Source of the DNA: Candidatus Thermosaccharophagus tengchongensis
Lineage (GTDB): Bacteria > Armatimonadota > Fervidibacteria > Fervidibacterales > Thermosaccharophagaceae
Length of the DNA: 64,000 bases
Assembly (NCBI GenBank): GCA_032161105.1
Contig: JAVHTD010000001.1
Strand: one strand, 5' to 3'
The position numbers were made by a program, and so were the translations under genes. Of this stretch, positions 8,591-17,383 are shown piece by piece. Under the pieces are notes generated by a model. That model ran no database searches, was not told the DNA's origin, and was given only the letters and a program-made list of their open reading frames with translations. Position 1 is the first letter of the stretch; each line of letters starts with the position of its first letter.

Positions 8591-10651
8591 ATGCAGCTCT
8601 CCCAGGAAGGCTTTGCATTCGCTATTATGGGCGTCTTCTTCATCGGCGCGCTTGTGACGGCGGCAACTTCTTCGCTGCGCCGTTTGACGGCATGGGTGGG
8701 GTTCATTTTCACACTCGCTGGTTCGGTGCTGTGTATGATGATTGCTGTCAAAGCCTTCTATGCACCTGCGGTTGAACCTGGGCGTCCTCACCTCACCCTG
8801 CCAATCTTGAATGCATCGCTTCAGGTCCGCATTGATGCGTTGTCATCTCCCTTCTTGTTCATTATCGGTTTGCTCGGCACATGTGCTGCACTATACTCCG
8901 TTGGCTATATCACGCACGAGCGCTACAGGGAGGAGCATCTGATTCGCTATTATCCGTTTCTGATGTTCTTCCTCATGGGCATGGTTGGCACAGTAGCGAG
9001 CTGGGATATGTTTTACTTCCTCGTCTTTTGGGAACTGATGGCGCTTTCATCTTATGTGCTCATCATCTTTGAGAAGCGCGATCCAGTTGTGTTGCGTGCT
9101 GGCTTGAAATATTTTGTGATGACTCACATCGGCACAACTTGTATTGTCACTGGCGTCATCATTGTTTGGCTCTGGTGCAGGTCATTCAGCTTTGATTCAC
9201 TGAAGATCGGCATGGAAGTCCTCTCACAGGAGCGACCGAGGTTACTTCACCTTGTGCTGCTTTTGCTTTTCATTGGTTTTGCCACTAAGGCAGCTCTATT
9301 CCCATTTGGCGATTGGCTGCCAGACGCTCACCCAGCTGCTCCCTCAGCAATTTCGGCATTGCTATCTGGCGTGATGATAAAGATGGGCGTGTATGGCATG
9401 CTCCGCACATTCGTTTGGATGATGCCATACTCACCGCACCTTAGCACATGGGGATTGATTATAGCCTTCTTTGGCGCACTGACATTTGTTGTGTGCTCCA
9501 CAGCTGGCTTGTTCCAAAACGATTCAAAACGCCTATTGGCGTTCAGCAGCATGTCGCAGATAGGCTATGTATGTGTTGGAATTGGTGTTGGCGTTGGCTT
9601 TCTTCGCGTCTCGCCAGCGATAAGCGCACTCGGATTTATCGCTGGGTTGTATCATGTCCTCAATCACGCATGCATGAAAGGACTGCTCTTCCTGAATGCC
9701 GGCTCTGTTCTGATTCGCACTGGAACTCGCGACATGAACTTGCTTGGCGGCTTATGGCGCTTCATGCCAACGACGGCTCTGACAGCGCTCATTGCCTCCC
9801 TCGCTATATCCGGCATGCCGCCGCTCAACGGGTTTGTAAGCAAGTGGATGGTTTATCATGCGTCCATTATGAGCGGCTTGCAAGCTCCTGTGTATCTTGC
9901 TTTCGGCGTAGCTGCCATTTTCATCTCGGTCGTCACGCTCGCCATGTTTGCCAAATTCATGGGCGCAATCTTTATCGGGTTGCCATCAAAGCTCGTGAGC
10001 CAAATTGAGTGGCAGCTCCGTGAGGTTGATTGGACCATGACTGTATCACAAGTTGTGCTTGCGCTTATGTGCATTGCGCTTGGGCTTTTCCCCTCACATG
10101 TTGTGCCAATCCTTTACTGTGCCGTTGAAACCATGCGCCCTGAGTTTGCACCGCCAATTGATGCGCTCATCTCCGGCACACCAATCTCGCTTGGACTATG
10201 CGTTGGTGAGGGTGTCTCTGGCGTTTTTTCGCCGCTCGTTTTTGTGCTGGCACTCATGCTGTGCATGCTCATCCCATATGCCCTTTATAAGCTCTCAGGT
10301 GCTCAAGTTAGAGTTGCATCACCATGGGCATGTGGCGAGTCGCATTCGCACGATGAATTGCGATATCGCTCAAGCAGCTTTTACCTTCCGTTCCAAAGAT
10401 TCATGTCCTTTAGGATTGGTCAAAGGCGCATAACGACACTCTATCCGACATTGCCAAAGCCGAGAACTCCATGGCTGGCAAAGCTTCGCGTCGTCTTTGA
10501 TGTGGACACGCTTTACAATGCTGTCATTCGTGTCGGAGCGAGGGCGTGTGAATGGTTCAGCGCGACACATGCCGGAATCCCACAGCTTTATGTGTTGTGG
10601 ATAGTTGCCGGTGTGGTGCTCGCAATCTTGTTGCTCTTTTTGCTCTCCTAA
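8591..10651 (+). CDS. hyfB: Hydrogenase-4 subunit B / HycC-like antiporter-type membrane subunit
   Basis: FWELMALSSY, WLPDAHPAAPSAISALLSGVMIKMG, PPLNGFVSKW, WACG; GAGGTGG RBS before ATG 8591. Confidence 0.75.
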   Translation: MQLSQEGFAFAIMGVFFIGALVTAATSSLRRLTAWVGFIFTLAGSVLCMMIAVKAFYAPAVEPGRPHLTLPILNASLQVRIDALSSPFLFIIGLLGTCAALYSVGYITHERYREEHLIRYYPFLMFFLMGMVGTVASWDMFYFLVFWELMALSSYVLIIFEKRDPVVLRAGLKYFVMTHIGTTCIVTGVIIVWLWCRSFSFDSLKIGMEVLSQERPRLLHLVLLLLFIGFATKAALFPFGDWLPDAHPAAPSAISALLSGVMIKMGVYGMLRTFVWMMPYSPHLSTWGLIIAFFGALTFVVCSTAGLFQNDSKRLLAFSSMSQIGYVCVGIGVGVGFLRVSPAISALGFIAGLYHVLNHACMKGLLFLNAGSVLIRTGTRDMNLLGGLWRFMPTTALTALIASLAISGMPPLNGFVSKWMVYHASIMSGLQAPVYLAFGVAAIFISVVTLAMFAKFMGAIFIGLPSKLVSQIEWQLREVDWTMTVSQVVLALMCIALGLFPSHVVPILYCAVETMRPEFAPPIDALISGTPISLGLCVGEGVSGVFSPLVFVLALMLCMLIPYALYKLSGAQVRVASPWACGESHSHDELRYRSSSFYLPFQRFMSFRIGQRRITTLYPTLPKPRTPWLAKLRVVFDVDTLYNAVIRVGARACEWFSATHAGIPQLYVLWIVAGVVLAILLLFLLS

Positions 10652-10693
10652 TGAGCTGTGGCAGTGAAAAGCCGAGTATTGGAGGGATGCAGC

Positions 10694-12421
10694 ATGACTT
10701 CGCAGGAGCTGATCCAAAGGCTTCGTGAGGATTTGAATGGCAAGGTGATTGATTGCTGGGAGCCGAGAGATGGAAGGGTGTTTGTAAAAGTTTCACCAAG
10801 CGATATCGTGTCAGTTTGCGATTATGTCTTCAACACGCTTGGTGCACGCTACATGACCACTTGCGCAACCGATGACAGATTCCGCACAGGCAAGTTTACA
10901 GTGACTCACTTCTTCTCGCTTGACCCCGACAAGCTATTCCTGTCCATTAGGGCTGAAGTGGATCCTGAAAATCCGGTGCTCCCATCAATCACACCGCTTA
11001 TTCCGGGTGCTGATTGGGCTGAGCGTGAGCAGCAGGATTTGGTCGGAGTCAGGTTTGAGGGTCATCCAGATCCGAGGAGACTTGTGTTGCCCGATGATTT
11101 CCCGCTTGACTTGCACCCGTTGCGCAAGGATTACCCATACAACTATCGCCCGCAGCCCGATATGCGTGGCAAGGTCGCGATGAAGGAGCCGCCTGATGGA
11201 ACGACAGTGGTCGCAGTTGGACCTTTCTTTCCGGTCCTTGAGGAGCCGGCATACTTCAGGCTTTTCGTTGATGGCGAGACGGTTGTTGGCTGCGATTATC
11301 GTGGCTTTTACAATCACCGCGGCATTGAGAAGCTCGGCGACAGCAAGCTCACATTCAATCAAATTGTTTTCCTTGCCGAGCGCATATGAGGGATATGAGG
11401 CTTCATACACAGCACGGTGTGCTGTGAGGCTACAGAAAACGCTCTCGGAATAAGGGCACCAAGGCGAGCGAGATTCATCAGAAGTATTATGCTTGAGATT
11501 GAGCGAATACATAGCCATCTGCTTTGGCTTGGCATTGCGGGGCATATAATCGGCTTTGATACAGTGCTTATGCAGGCGTGGCGCATACGAGAACCAGTAA
11601 TGTGGCTTGCTGAATACATCACCGGCAATCGCAAAACATACGGCATGAACATCATTGGTGGCGTAAGGCGGGATATAACAAGGGAGAAGCATGAGCGCAT
11701 CCTTGAAGTGATGAGGCGAGTTGAGGAGGAAGTAGTGGCAATCATAAAGGCGGTTGAGGGTGACACGATGCTCCATGCAAGGCTTCGTGGCGTTGGGTAT
11801 CTTTCACCTGAGGATGCAAGGGCAATGTGCGTTGTTGGTCCGACTGCGAGGGGCTCTGGAGTCGCAATTGATGCGCGTGTTGATCATCCATACGCAGCAT
11901 ATGATGAACTTGTGCCGGAAAAGAAAGTGCATGACGAGTGCGACATATGGGCAAGGACGCTCGTGCGCCTTGAGGAAACGATGGAATCAATCAGGCTCGT
12001 TAGAGAGGGCATAAAAGCGCTTCAGGATATGCCAGAGGGCGACATAGTCATTAACATAACCGAGGATGTGCCTGAGGGTCTTGAGGGCATATCAGTTGTT
12101 GAGGCGCCACGAGGCGAGTGCATCCATTATGTCATCACGAGCGCGGAAAATAGACCGCACAGATGGCGAGTCCGTGCACCCTCATACATGAACATCCATG
12201 CGCTGCCTGTCATGTTCAAAAACACAAATGGAGGTATACCGGGCGAGCCATTCATTAACGCGAACCTTGCAGACATACCGATAATTGTTGGGAGCATTGA
12301 CCCATGCTTCTCATGCACCGAACGAGTTGAAGTGATTGATGTTAGGAACAGGCAGATGAGAGTTTTCAGGCACAGTGAATTGATTGAGCTGTGTAGGCAA
12401 GCCACAAGCCGAAATAGATAA
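10694..12421 (+). CDS. hyfG: Group 4 [NiFe]-hydrogenase large subunit (HyfG/HycE, NuoCD-like), 575 aa if two in-frame TGA codons (11387-11389, 11396-11398) are read as Sec
   Basis: ORFs 10658-11389 and 11417-12421 are in the same frame; the bridge reads AERI-TGA-GI-TGA-GFIHSTVCCEATENALG, matching HycE RVCGICGFAHS; C-terminal DPCFSCTER plus extension; GGAGG RBS at 10681. Confidence 0.88.
11399..11431 (+). promoter_or_regulatory. Putative bacterial SECIS element
   Basis: Perfect 8-bp stem CACAGCAC-GGT-GTGCTGTG (11408-11426); alternative lower-stem register GCTTCA/TGAGGC; loop starts with G and lies 17 and 26 nt after the two TGAs. Confidence 0.75.
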
Positions 12422-12459
12422 CGCAACTGGCAGCAATTTTAAAGGGGGGTGAATTAACC

Positions 12460-13026
12460 TTGGAAGGGCAAGAGATGGATGAATTCTTGAGGTTAGTGTT
12501 GGAGGGCGTTGATGTGGAAGCATTAGCAGCTGGCGATAACCGTGAACTTGAAAGGTTCAAGGCGAACATGCTTAGGGTTGGAAGGATGATTTACTCAAAG
12601 CCGCCAGCTGAGAGGGCAAGGTGGTTTTCGGCATTGAGGGCTGGCTCACTTCAGTTAATTGCTCAAATACCCATCATTACACCGATGCTGACTGCAATCC
12701 TTGAGAGCGCCACCGGGGAAGACCTTGGAAGCAAAATAGATGCCCTTGGAAGCAAAATAGACGCCCTTGGAGGAAAAATAGACGCCCTTGGAAGCAAAGT
12801 GGATGCCCTTGGAGGAAAAATAGACGCCCTTGGAAGCAAAGTGGACGCCCTTGGAGGAAAAATAGATGCCCTTGGAAGCAAAGTGGACGCCCTTGGAGGA
12901 AAAATAGACGCCCTTGGAAGGGACTTGGGCGGGAAGATGGATCAAATGTTGAGCTTGCAAAGGGAAACAATCGGCTTCCTTGCGAGGATATTGAATGTGC
13001 TTGAGGAGAGGTTGCCGCGAGCATGA
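12460..13026 (+). CDS. Heptad-repeat coiled-coil protein of unknown function
   Basis: Nine (I/V)DALG(S/G)K-type heptads; GGGGGGTGA RBS before TTG start. Confidence 0.75.
   Translation: MEGQEMDEFLRLVLEGVDVEALAAGDNRELERFKANMLRVGRMIYSKPPAERARWFSALRAGSLQLIAQIPIITPMLTAILESATGEDLGSKIDALGSKIDALGGKIDALGSKVDALGGKIDALGSKVDALGGKIDALGSKVDALGGKIDALGRDLGGKMDQMLSLQRETIGFLARILNVLEERLPRA
12736..12924 (+). repeat. Coding tandem repeat, 9 x 21 bp with 42-bp higher-order alternation
   Basis: Units such as ATAGACGCCCTTGGAAGCAAA / GTGGACGCCCTTGGAGGAAAA directly abutting, no spacers. Confidence 0.95.
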
Positions 13027-13055
13027 ATGCTCTGGCGAAAAGAGGGTGATGGATA

Positions 13056-13967
13056 ATGCTCAGGCTCTGGCTGGCTATACTCAATGTGATTGTGGTCCTA
13101 TTCTTTGCACCGCTATTTGAGGGGTTTGTCCGCAAATACATACGGGCTAATGTCGCGCATTCAAGGAGAGGTCCACTTGTCGGTGTATGGCAGCCGTTTT
13201 ATGACTTGCTAAAGCTGTTTGCGAAGGAGGACATACGGGTTGGCGGTCCACTTCAAACATTCATGCCCATGTTGTGCTTCAGTTCAATCTTGGTGGCTTC
13301 TTTGTTTTTGCCGATTGCAGGTCTTGCGCCACTTGAGGAGTATGGGGATATCATAGCTTTCGTTTACACAATAGGACTGGCTATCACGGCGCTCGCCATT
13401 ACTGCGTTGGATACAGGTTCGCCATATTCATACTCCGGTGCGATTAGGGAATTGATGCTCATGGCATTGGTTGAGCTCGTGTTCATCAGTGCCTTGCTTT
13501 GCGGTGCCGTATGCGCTCGTTCTCTGAGGTTATCCGAGATAATCCTTTGGTATCGTTCCCGGGCGTTTTCTTTCCCGATGATTTTAGCTGCGGGCACACT
13601 CTTCTTAGCCATGCTTGCTCAGTTTGGTCGCCTCCCATTTGACATACCGGAAGCAGAACAAGAGATCATGGGCGGACCGCTCATTGAAATTTCTGGACCA
13701 AGGCTTGCCCTGCTCAGATGGGCAATATGGATGCGTCAGTTTGTAAGCGCGTCGCTGTTTGCATGTGTGTTTATACCTTGGTGGACGACAGGCATACTCA
13801 TCGTTGATTTGCTCATAACGCTCATAAAGGTGTTTGTGGTGTTTGTCTTGGTCACCGTGATTGAGGTGCTCTCGCCCCGTCTTAGAGTTGATCAGGCACT
13901 CAACTTTTACCTTGGCGTTTTTCTCACATCGGCGATAGCGATTGCTATTGCCTATGTCGCGCCATAA
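13056..13967 (+). CDS. hyfC: Hydrogenase membrane subunit HyfC/HycD (NuoH family)
   Basis: SRRGP..WQPFYDLLKL, GSPYS, RLPFDIPEAEQEIMGGPLIEISG, SPRLR. Confidence 0.85.
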   Translation: MLRLWLAILNVIVVLFFAPLFEGFVRKYIRANVAHSRRGPLVGVWQPFYDLLKLFAKEDIRVGGPLQTFMPMLCFSSILVASLFLPIAGLAPLEEYGDIIAFVYTIGLAITALAITALDTGSPYSYSGAIRELMLMALVELVFISALLCGAVCARSLRLSEIILWYRSRAFSFPMILAAGTLFLAMLAQFGRLPFDIPEAEQEIMGGPLIEISGPRLALLRWAIWMRQFVSASLFACVFIPWWTTGILIVDLLITLIKVFVVFVLVTVIEVLSPRLRVDQALNFYLGVFLTSAIAIAIAYVAP

Positions 13968-14000
13968 AGCGAACCAATGGCGTTGGAGGGGGCATATCCA

Positions 14001-14510
14001 ATGATAGGGAGCAAGTTGAGGGAATTGATAATAGCAATTCGTGGTGGTGCTCCAAGACCGCTCGTTGTGACTTTGCCATATCCGCTTGGGCGAGGCGCTG
14101 AGGTCCCCGAGGGCTTTAGAGGGAAGGTTGAAGTTGATGTATCAAAGTGTGTTGGGTGTGGTGGGTGCGCGAATGTGTGCCCGCCAAGGTGCATTATTGT
14201 TGAGGACATCTCTCCGCTTTGGAGGAGAATGACAATACTGAGGGAGAGGTGCACATACTGTGCGCGCTGCCAAGAAGTGTGTCAGGAGAACGCCATAGCC
14301 CTTACGATGGAGTTTGAGCTTGCCACTGATGACCCAAACGACCTAACCGATACTTGGGAAGTCTTCATGGCAACATGTTCACGCTGTGGCAGATGCTTCA
14401 AGCCGAAAACAGCTTTGGATAAGATGATGGAAACGGGCTATAAGCCGCCAATGCAAAAGCGCTATGGTGCTGTCGCAACAGTGCCAGTTGAGTCAAGCTC
14501 GTCATCTTGA
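14001..14510 (+). CDS. hyfH: Hydrogenase 2x[4Fe-4S] subunit HyfH/HycF (NuoI family)
   Basis: TLPYP..FRGK, CVGCGGCANVCP, CTYCARCQEVC and a C-terminal CSRCG. Confidence 0.85.
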   Translation: MIGSKLRELIIAIRGGAPRPLVVTLPYPLGRGAEVPEGFRGKVEVDVSKCVGCGGCANVCPPRCIIVEDISPLWRRMTILRERCTYCARCQEVCQENAIALTMEFELATDDPNDLTDTWEVFMATCSRCGRCFKPKTALDKMMETGYKPPMQKRYGAVATVPVESSSSS

Positions 14511-14525
14511 AAGGGGTGAACTGGT

Positions 14526-15209
14526 ATGCCCTTAGCTATCCAACAGAGTGACATTTTGGCATTGCTCATGATTGCGCATCTTCTTGCATCACTTGTGGCA
14601 GCTGAGTTGCGCAACCTGCGCTCAGCCGTATGGGCTCTCATTATTCAATCCTTCCTCCTGACATGCATCATAGCCTCGTTCGCTTTCGTCTGGAACAACT
14701 ATACGCTTTTGATCTGGGCGGCTATAACCCTCGCAACGAAGGTCGTCCTTATCCCGTCAATCTTGCTCTACCACCTGCGCGTCACATCGCTCGTGACGGA
14801 GCTCCGCCCGTTGATCGGATTGAGAGCCTCAATCATATTTGGAAGCATCCTCGTCATCGTCTTCTACTGGTTGCTTCGCACATACATCTACTTCGTTGCT
14901 CCAACGCAAGCTGCATTGGTTGAGCCAGCACGCTCAAACCTCGCCATCGCATTTTGCGTTTTCTCACTCGGCGTTTATGTGCTTATCACCAGAAGGGATG
15001 TGGTTAAGGTTGTCATAGGGTTGCAGCTGCTTGAAAATGGTGCTCACTTGGCGCTCATTACACTGGCGCCAACATTGCCACCAACAACGAAGCTCGGGAT
15101 ATGGACGAATGTCGTCGTCGCAGCTTACATGCTCATTAAGCTTGCAGAGGGCATCTACAAGACGCTCGGCGTTGTTGATACTCTAACGCTCTCAGAACTT
15201 AAGCGTTAA
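14526..15209 (+). CDS. hyfE: Hydrogenase-4 membrane subunit E-like
   Basis: Hydrophobic; TKVVLIPSIL, LLENGAHL and C-terminal LSELKR typical of HyfE. Confidence 0.75.
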   Translation: MPLAIQQSDILALLMIAHLLASLVAAELRNLRSAVWALIIQSFLLTCIIASFAFVWNNYTLLIWAAITLATKVVLIPSILLYHLRVTSLVTELRPLIGLRASIIFGSILVIVFYWLLRTYIYFVAPTQAALVEPARSNLAIAFCVFSLGVYVLITRRDVVKVVIGLQLLENGAHLALITLAPTLPPTTKLGIWTNVVVAAYMLIKLAEGIYKTLGVVDTLTLSELKR

Positions 15210-15242
15210 ACGGCGCACGGCAACAGGTGAGGTGTTTTAGAC

Positions 15243-16766
15243 ATGATGGTGGAATCGTGGTTGCCCATCCTTGTCTTCGCCATCCCAACAATTTGTGGCG
15301 TCATAAGCCTTTCCTTCAGGCGTGCAAGCGCTCTCTTTCACAGCGTGATCGCCGTCCTCGGGCTTGCTGGGACATTTGCCATCTCTGTGGCAATCACAAG
15401 TGATGTGCTGCGCGGCAATGTGCTTGTCGCGCTCAATAATGCTGTTTATGCCGATGGTCTAAGTGCCTTGATGGAATTGCTCGGAAGCTGCATGGGGATG
15501 CTCGTGGCTATCTATTCAATCCGATACATCCCAATTCATGTTGCCCGCCGCCCCGATGCGCCTCAGAGGCTTAGCACATACTATGGGCTGTTGCTCCTCT
15601 TCCTTGGGATGATGAATTGGACATGCGTGACAAACAGCATTGTTTGGCTTTATGTCACGCTTGAGGCTACAACGCTTGCCACTGTCTTCCTCGTGACATT
15701 TTATTGGGAGAGGCGCTCGCTTGAAGCCGGCTACAAATATTTCATGCTTGTGACGATCGGGATCATATTTTCCCTCTTTGGTCTCGTGCTCATTTATTCA
15801 GGTGCTGTGGAGCTGCCGGAAATGCAAGGGCGTGATGTGCTCCTTATAACCGAGCTCAGCAGGATCGGGCGAAAGATACCGCGCAGCGTTGTGCTGCTTG
15901 CAAACGCGCTTCTCATTGCTGGCTTTGGAGCGAAGGCTGGGCTTGTCCCATTCCATGCATGGCTTCCGGATGCGCACGCAGAGGCACCAGCACCAATTAG
16001 CGCTTTGCTATCGGGTATCGTGATAAAGGTCGGCGCATACGCTATCGCAAGGACTGCAACAATATTTGCACCCCAGTATCCGCCTATCATAGTCTTCATT
16101 GCAATCATGGCTTCACTGAGCATGGTCGTCGGGATACTGATGGCGCTCGTCCAAGACGACATAAAGCGCATGCTTGCATACTCATCCGTAAGCCAGATTG
16201 GTTATGTTGTTGAGGGGCTTGGTCTTGGGACATACCTTGGAATTTATGGCGGTCTGTTCCACCTCGCAAACCACACCATCGTCAAGGCGCTTCTCTTCCT
16301 TTCCGCTGGTGCGATTGCGCATGTTACTGGCACAAGGAAGATGAGCGAGCTTGGTGGGCTCGTGCATCGGATGCCAGTTACAGCTGTTTGCTTCTTCATT
16401 GGCGCGCTCGCCATCGGCGGGTTGCCACCGTTTAATGTGTTCATGAGCAAGTTCACACTTTTTGCCGCTGTGGCTGATGCCGGTCTGATATGGGCTGCGG
16501 TGATAGCAGTGTTTACAGGGCTGTTAACAGTGGCGTGCTTTGTGCGTGCTGCGATGCGCATATTCTGGGGCAAGCCGTCGGAGATTACTCAGGCTGCTTT
16601 AGCGTATGCGAATGGTGGCGAAGGAAGGTTGCCTATGAGTATGGTTATCCCGATGGTCTTGCTCGCCATCTTAACGGTGGTAATCGGTCTTTATCCGGGA
16701 TTGATTCACCCGCTGTTGGATAGCGCAACAGAGTGCATTTTGAAGGTGCTTCGTGGGGCATTCTGA
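15243..16766 (+). CDS. hyfF: Hydrogenase-4 membrane subunit F-like (antiporter family)
   Basis: LEATTLAT, SLEAGYKY, KAGLVPFHAWLPDAHAEAPAPISALLS, KRMLAYSS. Confidence 0.8.
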   Translation: MMVESWLPILVFAIPTICGVISLSFRRASALFHSVIAVLGLAGTFAISVAITSDVLRGNVLVALNNAVYADGLSALMELLGSCMGMLVAIYSIRYIPIHVARRPDAPQRLSTYYGLLLLFLGMMNWTCVTNSIVWLYVTLEATTLATVFLVTFYWERRSLEAGYKYFMLVTIGIIFSLFGLVLIYSGAVELPEMQGRDVLLITELSRIGRKIPRSVVLLANALLIAGFGAKAGLVPFHAWLPDAHAEAPAPISALLSGIVIKVGAYAIARTATIFAPQYPPIIVFIAIMASLSMVVGILMALVQDDIKRMLAYSSVSQIGYVVEGLGLGTYLGIYGGLFHLANHTIVKALLFLSAGAIAHVTGTRKMSELGGLVHRMPVTAVCFFIGALAIGGLPPFNVFMSKFTLFAAVADAGLIWAAVIAVFTGLLTVACFVRAAMRIFWGKPSEITQAALAYANGGEGRLPMSMVIPMVLLAILTVVIGLYPGLIHPLLDSATECILKVLRGAF

Positions 16767-16813
16767 TTTCATCGTTTTTGTGGTGGCGCAGATTCCCCCG
16801 TGAGGTGAGCATA

Positions 16814-17329
16814 ATGGTCGGATGGTTTAGAGGGTTGTGCGAGAAGGCGTTCACGAAGGCACTTTGGGTCTTTCATGCAAACACCGGCGCATGTAACGGG
16901 TGCGACATTGAGGTCATCAATGTGCTCACCCCATATTACGATGCCGAGCGTTTTGGTATAAGGCTCGTTGGCTCACCGAGACATGCGGATGTGATCATCG
17001 TCACAGGTCCAGTTACAAGGCAATCCGCGCCAGCGCTTGAGCGGCTGATTGAAGCTGTTCCATCACCAAAGTTGATCATCGCCGTCGGCTCTTGCCCGAC
17101 TGGTGGAGGGATGTGGTTTGACTCGTATTCCACATGTGGTGGCTTAGCTAACTTCCTCAAGGACAGAGGGATCAACATACCCGTGTATTACATCCCGGGA
17201 TGCCCACCTCGTCCTGAAGCAATCCTATACGGTGTGGCATTGGCACTTGGCTTGGTTGACAAGAAGGTGGCTGGGAAGCATCTCAAGCAGGGGTTGCTCC
17301 CGCCGAAGAAGAGCAGCGATGAGCAATGA
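16814..17329 (+). CDS. hyfI: Group 4 hydrogenase small subunit HyfI/HycG (NuoB family)
   Basis: GACNGCDIE, SPRHAD, GSC, IPGCPPRPEAI; GAGGTGA RBS. Confidence 0.88.
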   Translation: MVGWFRGLCEKAFTKALWVFHANTGACNGCDIEVINVLTPYYDAERFGIRLVGSPRHADVIIVTGPVTRQSAPALERLIEAVPSPKLIIAVGSCPTGGGMWFDSYSTCGGLANFLKDRGINIPVYYIPGCPPRPEAILYGVALALGLVDKKVAGKHLKQGLLPPKKSSDEQ

Positions 17330-17383
17330 AACGGGCATTCGGAAGTTGTATTAAGCCCACTTTTGCTTGGCGGGTGATGCGCA

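Noticed and set aside
11387..11398. Genome-wide reassignment of TGA (to Trp, Gly or Cys)
   Set aside because: TGA ends conserved genes at their expected C-termini in this window (e.g. trpS, atpD, atpG, pfkA), and I saw no other conserved gene interrupted by TGA, so any recoding is site-specific.
11384..11400. ATATGAGG direct repeat as an assembly duplication artefact
   Set aside because: The repeat mirrors the natural I-C-G-I-C-G periodicity of the motif and the spacing matches HycE exactly, with no extra residues. Read mapping is still advisable.
10658..12421. Two separate genes (NuoC-like 10658-11389 and NuoD-like 11417-12421), or a pseudogene
   Set aside because: The break falls inside the conserved RxCGxC motif, not at the C/D domain boundary. 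Both parts are in frame, the second would lack its Ni ligands, and all other subunits and the maturation protease are intact. A pseudogene cannot be fully excluded without finding sel genes.
12736..12924. CRISPR array
   Set aside because: The 21-bp units abut with no unique spacers, keep the reading frame within an ORF, and no cas genes are present.
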